Assembly: GCA_051531975.1 (NCBI GenBank)
Contig: JAOPTT010000001.1
Location: forward strand, 160,001 to 224,000
DNA: 64,000 bases
From: Spirochaetaceae bacterium
GTDB taxonomy: Bacteria; Spirochaetota; Spirochaetia; DSM-2461
Reading direction: 5' to 3'
In this document: positions 19,098-29,489 of the stretch, piece by piece
Layout: each line of letters starts with the position of its first letter
How positions within the stretch are numbered: the first letter of the stretch is position 1
Translations under genes and position numbers: made by a program
The notes under the pieces: generated by a model
Seen by the model: the letters and a program-made list of their open reading frames with translations, nothing else
Told to the model about the DNA's origin: nothing
Database searches by the model: none

Positions 19098-20003
19098 TTA
19101 GTTTTTATGATATAGCCTCACTATGGATCTTTTATCTAATTCAACTAATATAGAGTTACTTACATCTTCAAAAAATAGATTTGTTATCACACCTGGAACT
19201 TTAATTTCGTCAATTATAACAATTCCATTTTTTGTTAGTTTCACAATCATTAGTTTTCTATAATCATTTGATGGCAAAATTAACTCTGCATATTTATCAT
19301 TATCTACATTTATTGCTATTGCCATATTAAGATTAGTTGACCCTATTTTATGTGTAGAGAAACCTCTTTTTGATTCTATTAGTTGTAATCTACCGTCCTT
19401 CCATTTATAGAACTCTAGAATACCACCAAGATGAGGTGTTTTTACTATAGCTAACTCAAGTCCATCATCGAAATAGAAATTTGCAACAGCTAAAATATGT
19501 AACCACCTAAAACCTCTACCAATATAATTTGATGCTCCTAAAAACTTTCCATATTTGGAATAAACGTCGACTCTGGCTCCCAATTTACTACTACTTCTTG
19601 TTAATAAGATCTCTGAGTCAGAAGTTGTAGGGTCAATATTTCCAATAGTAGCCCTTAGAGTTTCAAAAACATCATTTGAGAGTTGGTAAGATCCAATAAT
19701 TTCTGATTCCTGGGTAACCACAAACTTAGTTGGTTCTAGAGGATCACCTAAAATTCCATGGGGATATTTACCAGAAAAGTTCAGAAGATTTACTTGAAAA
19801 CCTGTAAATGAATTATAATAGATAAAAGAGTTGGAATTTGTAGAGTCATTTTTTAAGATTTCAATTGATAATGGTAACTCTAAACTATTATTTGCAAAAT
19901 ATAGATTTCCATTTTGTGGGATTGTGGTATCAGTTCCATATAAAGATGTAAAAGTCTTGAATATAAAGATAATTAAAACATTATGTATCAAGTTTATATT
20001 CAT
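19098..20003 (-). CDS. Exported hypothetical protein with FG-GAP/VCBS-like repeats
   Basis: Signal-like N-terminus and repeated (D/N)xDxD..EI/EL-type segments (GNIDPTTSDSEI, ANFYFDDGLEL, INVDNDKYAEL). Confidence 0.55.
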   Translation of the reverse strand: MNINLIHNVLIIFIFKTFTSLYGTDTTIPQNGNLYFANNSLELPLSIEILKNDSTNSNSFIYYNSFTGFQVNLLNFSGKYPHGILGDPLEPTKFVVTQESEIIGSYQLSNDVFETLRATIGNIDPTTSDSEILLTRSSSKLGARVDVYSKYGKFLGASNYIGRGFRWLHILAVANFYFDDGLELAIVKTPHLGGILEFYKWKDGRLQLIESKRGFSTHKIGSTNLNMAIAINVDNDKYAELILPSNDYRKLMIVKLTKNGIVIIDEIKVPGVITNLFFEDVSNSILVELDKRSIVRLYHKN

Positions 20004-20031
20004 TTTAGACCTCTACTTTTAATTATTAAAA

Positions 20032-20283
20032 CTACTGTTCTATTTTAAGTTTACCAGTAAATGTTGTTTGGCAACTTAATCTAAAGCCAGCATCAATTTT
20101 TTCTTGCCCAAGTTTTTTGATCTCTTTAACATTAGGTTCTGAAATATCACCCTCTAAGACTTTCATAGTACATTTTCCGCAGATAGCACGTTTACACAGA
20201 TGTTTAACTTTAACCTTATCTAATTTTGCAGCAACTAAAACATTAACGCTTTCTGTGCTGCTCAATTCAATTATATTAGCCAT
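20032..20283 (-). CDS. 2Fe-2S ferredoxin
   Basis: C-x4-C-x2-C (LCKRAICGKC) plus RLSCQ. Confidence 0.88.
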   Translation of the reverse strand: MANIIELSSTESVNVLVAAKLDKVKVKHLCKRAICGKCTMKVLEGDISEPNVKEIKKLGQEKIDAGFRLSCQTTFTGKLKIEQ

Positions 20284-20370
20284 ATTAGCTCCTTTTTATA
20301 TATTAAAATTATAGGAGGGAAACTCAAGACATTCAATAATAATTATTATTATTGAAAAATAACGAACCAC

Positions 20371-21339
20371 TTATTCAACTAGTATTGGAGAATGAACTAA
20401 ACTTATATTTGTAATTTCTTTTTTAATCAACTTGAGTAGCTCAGATGCAGCGTTTTCGTAAATTTCTTTAATACCTATTTCCACTGTAGCAGGCTTTTTA
20501 TCCAAAACTAATAATTCGGTACTGTTATCATAACCAATCAGTGGAAACTCATCTTGGAGTTCGTATCGATTATGGAATAATTTAGTGACAATTTTAACTA
20601 ATAACATATCATTAACAAAGCCAACACCATCAAAATCTCCAGATTCAATATGTAATATCAATTTATTTACAATCTCCTGGGGATTTTCTTCGTTTAATAC
20701 AACAGCTTCTGGGAATATCTCTAGGAAGCCTTGTTTTCTTAAGTTATGAGAAAATTGATCTTCGTTATTTAATATGTAAATAGGTTTTTTACAGGATTTT
20801 GATTTTAAATAATTACCTTGTATAACTCCTCCTGCCCTATTATCTGTTGCAGAGTGGTTATATTTATTTAGGTGAATAGATCGGTGACAAATTACATACG
20901 GGATATCCCAATCGTCTATAAATTTAGACTCTTCCTCTGATACATGGTCAAAAATTAACATACCATCACAATGATCTTTTATCTCTGCTTTCTTCATGGA
21001 AAATATAGAATTAACAAGTTTTACTTCAAATATATAAGGCTGGTTTTCAAAAAAAGATGTTAAAGATAAAATAGCTTCTGTAAATAACCAGTAGTTACGT
21101 TTTACGTTAGTCCAGTAATGGCCATCCTCTCTTTTCACATATATAAGTAGAATTGTATTAGTACCTTTTCTTCGTAAAGCACTAGCATTTTTATCTGGTT
21201 TATAACCTATAGAATCAGCAACTTCTAAAATTTTATTTCGTGTTTTTGCAGAAACCTTATCGGGATTGCTAAATGCTCTTGAAACTGTAGCCTGAGAAAC
21301 ACCAGCCATTTTAGCAATTAAATAACTATCAATCTTCAT
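20371..21339 (-). CDS. LacI-family transcriptional regulator
   Basis: IAKMAGVSQATVSRAF HTH, GYKPDKNASAL hinge and IGYDN. Confidence 0.92.
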   Translation of the reverse strand: MKIDSYLIAKMAGVSQATVSRAFSNPDKVSAKTRNKILEVADSIGYKPDKNASALRRKGTNTILLIYVKREDGHYWTNVKRNYWLFTEAILSLTSFFENQPYIFEVKLVNSIFSMKKAEIKDHCDGMLIFDHVSEEESKFIDDWDIPYVICHRSIHLNKYNHSATDNRAGGVIQGNYLKSKSCKKPIYILNNEDQFSHNLRKQGFLEIFPEAVVLNEENPQEIVNKLILHIESGDFDGVGFVNDMLLVKIVTKLFHNRYELQDEFPLIGYDNSTELLVLDKKPATVEIGIKEIYENAASELLKLIKKEITNISLVHSPILVE

Positions 21340-21351
21340 AAAATCCTTCTA

Positions 21352-21367
21352 ATACATTCGTATTCAT
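21352..21367. promoter_or_regulatory. Putative LacI operator (site 1)
   Basis: ATACATTCGTATTCAT, an imperfect palindrome with central CG next to the lacI start. Related to site 2. Confidence 0.55.
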
Positions 21368-21432
21368 TTTAATTATTCACTGGACTAATTTTAGCATAAC
21401 ACTACTATTTCTACAATTAGAAAAGAAAATTA

Positions 21433-21476
21433 TTGACAGATTTTAAAACTCAGCGCTATAATGCATACGAATACAT
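21433..21476 (+). promoter_or_regulatory. Sigma70-type promoter with overlapping LacI operator (site 2)
   Basis: TTGACA (21433) - 18 bp - TATAAT (21457). ATGCATACGAATACAT (21461-21476) overlaps the -10 and start region. Confidence 0.7.
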
Positions 21477-21492
21477 TTCAAAGGAGAACATA

Positions 21493-22782
21493 ATGAAAAG
21501 AATTTTATCATTAGTATTAATCGGTTGTATTAGTTTATCGCTTTTTGCTAAAAACGATGCAGAAACTACTACAGAGACAGCGGCAGTAGCGGCTGAACCA
21601 GTTACATTAACATTTGCTAGTTGGAGTATCCAAGAGAAAGGTGCACAAGATTATTTTACTGAATTAAAGAGTGATTTTGAAGCAGCAAATCCAGATATCA
21701 AAATTGAGTTTTCTGGCTACCCATATGGAGAGTTAAAAAAACAAGTACTAATTATGGCAAACGCTGGACAAATGCCAGATATTATTCAATCAGCAAGATC
21801 TTGGTACCCTAGTTTTGTTACTGGTGGTTATGTAGCAGAGTTAGACTCTCTTTTAGGTAAAGAATATTTAGATGATGTTTACCCAGAGTTATTAGATGAC
21901 ATGAAGTACGAAGGAAAAACTTATGGTATTCCTTGGAAAGCAAGTCCATTTGTACTTTTTTACAATAAACTGTTATTTGAACAAGCTGGATTAGATACAG
22001 ATGTTGCACCAAAAACATACGAAGAAGCGATGATGTTTGCAGAAAAACTATCAACTTTAAAAGATGCAGATGGAAACAGTGTATATGCATTTGGTCAAAC
22101 AACAGGTGCTGTACCAGTAAGTGGTGGAGCCGTATTAAGTATGTTCTTTAGCCATGGTGGTGGAATAGTAGATGCCAATGGTAATGTAGATGTAATTAAC
22201 GACGGAAACAAAGCAGCGTTATTAGCTCTTAAAGATATGCACGATAAAGGTTACAACCCAGAAGGTGCAAAATTAAAAGATTTAAGAAACCTATTTGCAA
22301 TTGGTAGATTAGGTATGTACTTCGACCAATTATGGGGTATGACTGGGGCTTATGCTATTAACCCAGATTTAAAAGGAAATGTTGGAGTTGCTAATCCATT
22401 AAGTGGTAATGGTTCACCTGCAGGAAGTACTTTAGAAGCTCACCTTATTTTAATAAGCGAAGATTGTACTGAAAAAGATGCTGCTGCAACATTTATTAAG
22501 TTTGCAACTAGCCCAGCACAAATGGCTAAATATTATGCAATTACACCATTTTTACTACCTAGAGATAGCCAAGTAAAAGCGGCACCTGCATATAAAACTG
22601 ACCCAGGAATTGAGCCTATATTAAACTATGCAGAAACAATTAGATCTGTTGAAAAACACCCAGAAATGGAAAATGTTTTTGTAGCTTTAACAACGGCTGC
22701 TCAAGGTGTTTCTATAGGTTGGGTAACAGTAGATGAAGCATTGGTTAATCTTGAAAAAGAATTAAAAACTTTACTTAAATAA
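21493..22782 (+). CDS. Sugar ABC transporter substrate-binding protein
   Basis: Signal peptide ending SLFA; PDIIQ, YGIPW and LFYNKLLF motifs; AAGGAG RBS. Confidence 0.9.
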   Translation: MKRILSLVLIGCISLSLFAKNDAETTTETAAVAAEPVTLTFASWSIQEKGAQDYFTELKSDFEAANPDIKIEFSGYPYGELKKQVLIMANAGQMPDIIQSARSWYPSFVTGGYVAELDSLLGKEYLDDVYPELLDDMKYEGKTYGIPWKASPFVLFYNKLLFEQAGLDTDVAPKTYEEAMMFAEKLSTLKDADGNSVYAFGQTTGAVPVSGGAVLSMFFSHGGGIVDANGNVDVINDGNKAALLALKDMHDKGYNPEGAKLKDLRNLFAIGRLGMYFDQLWGMTGAYAINPDLKGNVGVANPLSGNGSPAGSTLEAHLILISEDCTEKDAAATFIKFATSPAQMAKYYAITPFLLPRDSQVKAAPAYKTDPGIEPILNYAETIRSVEKHPEMENVFVALTTAAQGVSIGWVTVDEALVNLEKELKTLLK

Positions 22783-22790
22783 AACTTCAA

Positions 22791-22818
22791 TAAATAGACC
22801 ACGTTAGTGGTCTATTTA
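22791..22818 (+). terminator. Stem-loop between the binding protein and permease genes
   Basis: Perfect 12-bp stem TAAATAGACCAC-gtta-GTGGTCTATTTA, as typical of SBP mRNA stabilisers or attenuators. Confidence 0.65.
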
Positions 22819-22830
22819 AAGGATATTAAG

Positions 22831-23721
22831 ATGTCATTAAAAACAAAAACCGGTGATCGTATATTTGGAACAGTACTGCTTTTACCATCAATACTTATTG
22901 TTGGTGGATTTATATTTTTACCTGTTTTACAATCTGTGTATTATAGTTTTTTTAAATATAAATTAACACGAAAGAAGATGCCCCTTATTTGGAATCACTT
23001 TGAGAACTATTTAGAGTTATGGGAATCAGGAAAAATACAAAATGCTTTTGTAATTACATTTCAATTTATGTTAATTGTTGTACTTATTGTATTTCTCTTG
23101 GGTCTTATAATGTCACTATTTATGAATCGTGGTAAGGCAGGAGAACGAGCTACAAGATCTTTAGCATTACTACCATGGGGAACTCCAACGGTTATTGTTG
23201 CCCTCTTATGGTCTTGGATGTTTCAGGCAGAGTACGGAGTAGTAAACTTTATATTATTAAAATTACATATTATTGCCCAGCCAATGAGCTTTTTAGTAAA
23301 TCCAAACACTGCATTAGGTTCTGTTGCTGTTGCAGCAATTTGGCGACAACTGCCATTTATGTTTATTATGCTACTAGCAGGTCTTCAGGGAATACCTAAA
23401 GAGATGTACGAAGCAGCAGATATAGATGGTGCAACATTTATGCAATCTTTTAGACATATAACCCTACCATTTTTACGTAATGTTATACGTTCGAGTATAT
23501 TAGTTACAATTATTACCAACTTTAAGCAGTTCCCTTTATTCTGGACAATGACAGGTGGGGGACCAATGGGTACAACTGAAACGCTGGCAATATTAACCTA
23601 TAAAAATGCCTTTGTTAACTTAAACTTTGGTGTAGGTGCCGCTGTTGCAACATCCTGGATGGTTGCGTTAATTATATTCTCGTTGCTCTATAACAGAATA
23701 TTTAAGGAGGTTCAGTACTAA
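22831..23721 (+). CDS. Carbohydrate ABC transporter permease
   Basis: About six TM helices; EAA loop YEAADIDGA. Confidence 0.92.
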   Translation: MSLKTKTGDRIFGTVLLLPSILIVGGFIFLPVLQSVYYSFFKYKLTRKKMPLIWNHFENYLELWESGKIQNAFVITFQFMLIVVLIVFLLGLIMSLFMNRGKAGERATRSLALLPWGTPTVIVALLWSWMFQAEYGVVNFILLKLHIIAQPMSFLVNPNTALGSVAVAAIWRQLPFMFIMLLAGLQGIPKEMYEAADIDGATFMQSFRHITLPFLRNVIRSSILVTIITNFKQFPLFWTMTGGGPMGTTETLAILTYKNAFVNLNFGVGAAVATSWMVALIIFSLLYNRIFKEVQY

Positions 23722-23722
23722 T

Positions 23723-24562
23723 ATGAAAAAAAGAGATCTTTCTATAGGAAAAATTATTTCAATAGTAGGAATAATAATATTAGGTTTGTTCTTAATGTTC
23801 CCACTATATTGGTTAATTATTACATCATTTAAAACTAATATGGATATATACAAGTTTCCACCACAATTCATTCCGGTAAACTTCACACTAGATAACTATA
23901 TTTTGTTATTAAAAGATAACTCAGTGTTAATTTACTTAATGAATAATGCAATTATTGCTACTGGAACAACTATTTTAACCATAATTGTTTCAGCTTTAGC
24001 AGGTTATTCGCTATCTAGATACTCAAGTAAATTTGGTAGTATTGTTAAAACATCCCTACTCTCTACACAGATGTTCCCAATTGTTGGTTTAATACTATCT
24101 CTGTATGTTATTTTTAGAAATCTTAATCTAATAAATACTGGAATGAGTCTGATTCTTGCATTATCAGCAGTTACAATTCCATTTTCAACAATTTTAATAA
24201 AAGGGTTCTTCGATGATATTTCAAGATCCTTAGAAGAGGCAGCTAAAATTGATGGTTGTTCTAGACTTAGAACTTTAGTTGCCATAATTATGCCCCTTTC
24301 TAAACCTGGTCTGTTAGCAATTGGTCTATTTACTTTTATGCAAGCATGGGATGACTTCTTATTCGCTATTACATTTATTTTATCAGATGAAAAAAGAACA
24401 TTATCATCAGGTATAGCAATGAAGTTTTTAGGTGAAGTTTCTTATGACTGGGCAATGGTTACAACAGTTTCTGTAGCTGGTGTTTTACCTATGTTCATCC
24501 TTATATTTATATTCCAGAAACATATGGTTGCTGGTTTAACCAGTGGTGGTGTTAAAGGATGA
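23723..24562 (+). CDS. Carbohydrate ABC transporter permease
   Basis: EAA loop LEEAAKIDGC; ends AGLTSGGVKG. Confidence 0.92.
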   Translation: MKKRDLSIGKIISIVGIIILGLFLMFPLYWLIITSFKTNMDIYKFPPQFIPVNFTLDNYILLLKDNSVLIYLMNNAIIATGTTILTIIVSALAGYSLSRYSSKFGSIVKTSLLSTQMFPIVGLILSLYVIFRNLNLINTGMSLILALSAVTIPFSTILIKGFFDDISRSLEEAAKIDGCSRLRTLVAIIMPLSKPGLLAIGLFTFMQAWDDFLFAITFILSDEKRTLSSGIAMKFLGEVSYDWAMVTTVSVAGVLPMFILIFIFQKHMVAGLTSGGVKG

Positions 24563-26127
24563 AAAATTATATCAATCAAAAAACAGGTAAGGGTCCATAT
24601 TCAATTGATGGAACTAAAGATAAACCTAATATTTTGTTCATAACTATGGATATGGTACCTCCTGAATTTTATGCCACAGGAAATACCTTAAATACACCTG
24701 CACATACCCAGTTAGCAAAAGATGGTATAACTTTTAAAAATGTTTTTTCAACATCTCCACTTTGTGGACCTTCTAGGGCTTCCATTTTAACTGGTAGATA
24801 CTCATACATTACTGGTAATTCTGAAAGATCCCACGATGGTCATAAAACTGATTTACGTTCGGAAGATATTATATGGCCTGAATACCTAAGATCAGCTGGT
24901 TACCATACAAGACATGTAGGGAAATCTCATGTTGGAACAGAGCACTTTATGAGGGCATTTTCAGAGAACTCTTCACCTTGGGATAGATGGTCTCCCCCCT
25001 GGTATGATGAAGATGCTTATATTGATTCATTACAGTCTCAAAACCTAAAACGATTTACTTTTAAGAAAGAAATTAGGGGTAATAGTTGGACTGGAGAGAG
25101 AGATGGAAACTCATATGGTGGTTGGTTAGCAGACCAAAATGGTGAACCATTTCCTGAAGAGGCTTTATATCCTACATATTTAGTTAATAGAGCTATAACG
25201 ACTTTAGAAACTAGAGGAAATAACAGACCATTTTATCTACAACTAGACTTTTTTGGTCCCCATCAGCCTTTTGCAATTCCTGGGGGATATGAAAAAAGAG
25301 AAGAAGAAATTCGTTCTACAATCGAGATTCCTAGGAGTTGGTTAGACTGGGAAGCTAGTGGATTTACAGAAGATGGTTTAGATCCTAGAGTTTATGAGTT
25401 ATACAGAAAAAACTGGGGTTTAAGAAATAGACAAGATCTAATAGATTATTTAGTTGCAAACCAACTTCAGTACGAAATTCTAGATAAACAGATGGGCCGA
25501 CTAATAAACTACCTTAAAGACAATGACCTATATAATTCTACTATGATTATATTTACTGCTGATCATGGGGAGATGAACGGACGTAAAGGTTGTGTTGATA
25601 AAGGTGCATATCTAAACCCACAAGTATTGCAAGTTCCATTTATTTTGAAGCCTACTGCAGATAAAGATATTAAACGGGATATTTCTATTTCAGAACCATG
25701 TTCTCTATTAGATATTTTCCCGACGATTAGCCAAGAAATAGGACTTTCTATAAATGATAGAACTGACGGTGTTAGTCTATTTGATACATTATCTGGTAAA
25801 CCTAGACCAGAAGATAAACCTGTTATGTTCGATGTGTGGAATCATGTTGTTCCAAACCCATGTGTTGGTCGAATCTTTAAAAATAATAATAGACAATATT
25901 TATATACTTATAACTGTGTTTCTAATACTGATGAGCTTTATGACCTAGCTGAAAGAGGTCAAATAAATAACTTAATCAGAGATGAAGAGCTAGAAAAGGT
26001 CGCTTTGAAACAGATGTACAAGGCACTACTAACAGATACCAGATGGGATGTTTACAATTGCTACTTTAAATTAGAGTACTCGGATAAATTACAATTAGAA
26101 ATTGGTGACAACCAGAAATTTGAATAA
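24559..26127 (+). CDS. Cys-type (formylglycine-dependent) sulfatase
   Basis: KPNILFITMD, CGPSRASILTGRY (CxPxR), GKSH and FTADHGE motifs. Confidence 0.9.
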   Translation: MKNYINQKTGKGPYSIDGTKDKPNILFITMDMVPPEFYATGNTLNTPAHTQLAKDGITFKNVFSTSPLCGPSRASILTGRYSYITGNSERSHDGHKTDLRSEDIIWPEYLRSAGYHTRHVGKSHVGTEHFMRAFSENSSPWDRWSPPWYDEDAYIDSLQSQNLKRFTFKKEIRGNSWTGERDGNSYGGWLADQNGEPFPEEALYPTYLVNRAITTLETRGNNRPFYLQLDFFGPHQPFAIPGGYEKREEEIRSTIEIPRSWLDWEASGFTEDGLDPRVYELYRKNWGLRNRQDLIDYLVANQLQYEILDKQMGRLINYLKDNDLYNSTMIIFTADHGEMNGRKGCVDKGAYLNPQVLQVPFILKPTADKDIKRDISISEPCSLLDIFPTISQEIGLSINDRTDGVSLFDTLSGKPRPEDKPVMFDVWNHVVPNPCVGRIFKNNNRQYLYTYNCVSNTDELYDLAERGQINNLIRDEELEKVALKQMYKALLTDTRWDVYNCYFKLEYSDKLQLEIGDNQKFE

Positions 26128-26145
26128 ATAATCTCCTGTTTACTT

Positions 26146-26190
26146 CAATGTTCCCAAGCTTAATAACAGGGGAACATTGGAGTTTTTTTT
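26146..26190 (+). terminator. Rho-independent terminator
   Basis: CAATGTTCCC...GGGAACATTG stem followed by a T-run, between convergent genes. Confidence 0.65.
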
Positions 26191-27047
26191 TAGAACATAT
26201 ATCTATAATATCTAAACTCAGTTTGTATATCAAACCCTATATTTTGATATAGACCTAATGCATTTGTATTATCGACCTGAACTTCTAATACAATTTCTTT
26301 GTTTTGTAATAAAAACATTTTAACAATTTCAGAAAGCACATATTTTCCAATACCTTTTTTCTGAAATTCAGGATCGATACAAAATCCAAAAATATAAAGT
26401 CTAGTCTCTTCTTCATATATACCAATCATACCAACGATTTTTGACTTATACTCTATGGAAAAGAGTTTTCTTTTATCACCATCTAAAATATCGTTAATTC
26501 TATCAGTACTATCCTGAATACTACTGTTAAATACTGTAGAGCTAATTTGTATTAGTCTATCAATATTTGTTTTTACAATTGCGATTCTAATATCTGGATT
26601 AGTGGTATTTATAAGTTTATATTCATCTTTAAATGTTAGAAGATATTCGGAGAACTCATATTTTGAATTAAGAGTTTTAGATATTCTGTTACTCTCTAGG
26701 AATGAAGAATCACTTACAAATAAAATAGACTCTATCTTCCTTCTTTTTATTTCAATAGTTGCTTCTTTTAATAATAGACTAAATAACCCCTGTTTTCGGT
26801 TATCTGGGGATGTTAATGCTATAATTTCAGCTTCTTTTTTTGATGGAGCAAATATACAAAGAGAAGAGACTAACTTATCACCTTTATATAACAAAAACGT
26901 ATTAATATCATTTTCTTTTATAAAATCATCAAGAATATCAAAAACATATCCTGTTTTATCGTGGTTATTACACTTATCATATAACTCTTTAACATCTAAA
27001 ATCTGTTCTTCTGTTAATATACTCTCTTTTACAACTTTTAAATCCAT
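26190..27047 (-). CDS. Tandem-domain GNAT acetyltransferase
   Basis: Two acetyl-CoA motifs (RKQGLF, FQKKGIG) and ALGLYQNIGF. Confidence 0.85.
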   Translation of the reverse strand: MDLKVVKESILTEEQILDVKELYDKCNNHDKTGYVFDILDDFIKENDINTFLLYKGDKLVSSLCIFAPSKKEAEIIALTSPDNRKQGLFSLLLKEATIEIKRRKIESILFVSDSSFLESNRISKTLNSKYEFSEYLLTFKDEYKLINTTNPDIRIAIVKTNIDRLIQISSTVFNSSIQDSTDRINDILDGDKRKLFSIEYKSKIVGMIGIYEEETRLYIFGFCIDPEFQKKGIGKYVLSEIVKMFLLQNKEIVLEVQVDNTNALGLYQNIGFDIQTEFRYYRYMF

Positions 27048-27161
27048 TTATTTCCTTCAAATCTAGGTATCTCTAATTTTCTACTGAGTTCATTATAGTA
27101 TTCATTTAGTGTTTTTGTAAATTCTTATAGTTTTATACTATAATTGTTAAAGAGGTAAATT

Positions 27162-28364
27162 ATGAAAAAGATCATATTAATATTATTATCATTAATTATT
27201 TTAGGTTGTGGGACTACAAAAAATACAGTTTTAGAGGATGAAACAATGTCCCCAAAAGGTTCAGACGAGTTTATTGTAGCAATGGAAACTTGGGATAATC
27301 CAGAAGAAAAAATAGAACTTTTAAATAAAGTAGTAATAGCCGATCCAGATAATCCACTAGCATATTATTATTTAGCTCTTGTATTAAAAGATTCCAATAA
27401 ACTAAAAAAATCTATTGATGCATTAGACAGTGCAATAGAGATAGATCCAAATTTTGTTTCAGCTTATATACTTAGAGGAGAGACAAAATTATGGGATTTA
27501 GATGATAAAACAGGTGTTGATGATTTTAAACAAGCATACGAAATAAATCCTAGTTCTATAAAAGCTGCCCTTGCATATGGTTCAAATAATGAGTGGCAAA
27601 CAGAAGAGTTGAAAGAAACTTTTTATACCGATCTAGTAAATAAATTTCCAGATAATGCTGAAGTATTAAAAGAGTTAGCATTAACATTTCACCAGCAAGG
27701 GAGCCAAGAGAAAGCAATAGAACTAATCAATAAAGCCATCGGTTTAGAACCTGACGACTCTTATTTATACCTTAAAAAAGCATATTTTCATGCAGATTAT
27801 GCTGAATATATGTTAGCAGAAGAGACAATGGTACAGGCAGTTAATATGTCTCCTGATAATCCACATTACAAAGTATTTCTAGCCTCAATTCTGAGACATA
27901 TGGGTAGATTAGATGAAGCACTTATATATCTTAAAGAATCCGGGAATGGTGATTGGATAGATGATGGAATGTTCCCGGAACTAATTAGAGTAGAATCTAG
28001 ATTAGGAATTTTTGATAGCTTGGAATTCTATAGTCAAAACTTATATGACGACCCATGGAGTGACTTTTTTAGAGGAGTAATAGCTTTAAGAACAGGAGAT
28101 ACTGATTCAGCACTAACTTACATAAAAGAAGCACGAAATATGGAGGAGTGGAATACTGAGTTTACTTTAAGTTTATCCTACCTATATTTAAAAATTGGGA
28201 ACATAGATATGAGTAATGAGGTATTAAGAAAAATTGAAGTGAATGAACTAATAAATTCCACTTGGTATACTACTTATGAACTTTATTATGACTTAATTAA
28301 AGATATTGAATCAGGTGTTATATCCCAGGATGATGTTCCAGAAGTTCTACTTATAGAAAAATAA
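27162..28364 (+). CDS. TPR-repeat lipoprotein
   Basis: IILGC lipobox; repeated AIEIDP/AIGLEP TPR signatures. Confidence 0.85.
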   Translation: MKKIILILLSLIILGCGTTKNTVLEDETMSPKGSDEFIVAMETWDNPEEKIELLNKVVIADPDNPLAYYYLALVLKDSNKLKKSIDALDSAIEIDPNFVSAYILRGETKLWDLDDKTGVDDFKQAYEINPSSIKAALAYGSNNEWQTEELKETFYTDLVNKFPDNAEVLKELALTFHQQGSQEKAIELINKAIGLEPDDSYLYLKKAYFHADYAEYMLAEETMVQAVNMSPDNPHYKVFLASILRHMGRLDEALIYLKESGNGDWIDDGMFPELIRVESRLGIFDSLEFYSQNLYDDPWSDFFRGVIALRTGDTDSALTYIKEARNMEEWNTEFTLSLSYLYLKIGNIDMSNEVLRKIEVNELINSTWYTTYELYYDLIKDIESGVISQDDVPEVLLIEK

Positions 28365-28383
28365 TTGCTAGAACAGGACTAAG

Positions 28384-28425
28384 TATAATTTCCATCTTCA
28401 TATATATACAGAGATGGAAATTATA
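28384..28425. terminator. Bidirectional terminator hairpin
   Basis: 14-bp inverted repeat TATAATTTCCATCT...AGATGGAAATTATA between convergent genes. Confidence 0.65.
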
Positions 28426-28428
28426 TAT

Positions 28429-29391
28429 TTAAAACTTCTTAGTGTAAAAATGACAATAAGGAGCTTTACCATTTTTTTCGTAATAATCTTGATGATAGGC
28501 TTCGGCTTCCCAAAAGTCTGTAACTGGTTCAACCCTAGTTACTACGTCATAACCTTTTTCTTTTAATATATCTATCAATTTAAATGTTGTTTTTTGCTCT
28601 TCTTGGGAATCATAAAACACTACAGATAAATACTGTTCTCCAAGATCAGGACCTTGACCGTTAGCCTGTGTTGGATCGTGTATCTCAAAAAAGAATTTTG
28701 CCATATCTTCAAAAGTTACTACGTGGGGATCGTAGGTAACTTCAACAGTTTCATAATGCCCAGATCTACCAGTTAATACATCTTGATAAGTAGGTTTTTT
28801 AGTTATACCACCAGAATAACCTGAAACAGCATTAATAACACCTCTCTGTTTCTCAAAAAGAGTCTCTACACCCCAGAAACATCCACCTGCAAAATATGCT
28901 TTTTGATAATTAGAATTTTCTGTTGAAACAAAATCTAAGGATAATGAATTAACACAATGTCTGGTCTCTTTGTCAGAAAAACCCTCACCTTTAAATACAT
29001 GTCCTAAATGTGCACCACAGTTATCACAAACAATCTCAGTATTAAATCCATCTGGAACTTCTCTAATTGCACCATCTATAGCATCATCAAAGCTAGGCCA
29101 ACCTGTACCAGAATCAAATTTATCGGAAGATACAAAAAGTGGTTCATTACATCGTTTACAATAATATGTACCATCTTCATAAAAACTATTATATTTACCA
29201 GAGAAAGCCCTCTCAGTTCCTTTATATACAATGATATTCTCTTCTTCTTTTGTTAGTATATTATATTCTAATCCTTCGACATTATTTTTTGCGAATGTCT
29301 CTTCAGTATTTTTTGCATTAAGCTTTTCAGCACATGAAAAAGTTAACACTATGATAAAACCAATTATTATATATTTAAAATATTTTTTCAT
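28429..29391 (-). CDS. msrAB: Bifunctional methionine sulfoxide reductase MsrB-MsrA, lipoprotein
   Basis: MsrB motifs (GTERAF, GWPSF, HLGHVF, RHCVNS) followed by MsrA motifs (GCFWG, AEAYHQDYY). LTFSC lipobox. Confidence 0.93.
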   Translation of the reverse strand: MKKYFKYIIIGFIIVLTFSCAEKLNAKNTEETFAKNNVEGLEYNILTKEEENIIVYKGTERAFSGKYNSFYEDGTYYCKRCNEPLFVSSDKFDSGTGWPSFDDAIDGAIREVPDGFNTEIVCDNCGAHLGHVFKGEGFSDKETRHCVNSLSLDFVSTENSNYQKAYFAGGCFWGVETLFEKQRGVINAVSGYSGGITKKPTYQDVLTGRSGHYETVEVTYDPHVVTFEDMAKFFFEIHDPTQANGQGPDLGEQYLSVVFYDSQEEQKTTFKLIDILKEKGYDVVTRVEPVTDFWEAEAYHQDYYEKNGKAPYCHFYTKKF

Positions 29392-29489
29392 AAACGTGCT
29401 CCTCTTATTAAGAGTAATTCTCAATAAGGAATTAATCTAGTTGTTAATCAGGTATTTAAGAGCTTTATATTTATAGGAAAAGGTTTAAC

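Noticed and set aside
20332..20356. AT-only inverted repeat after lacI
   Set aside because: Low complexity and a weak stem; may be a terminator but is not well supported.
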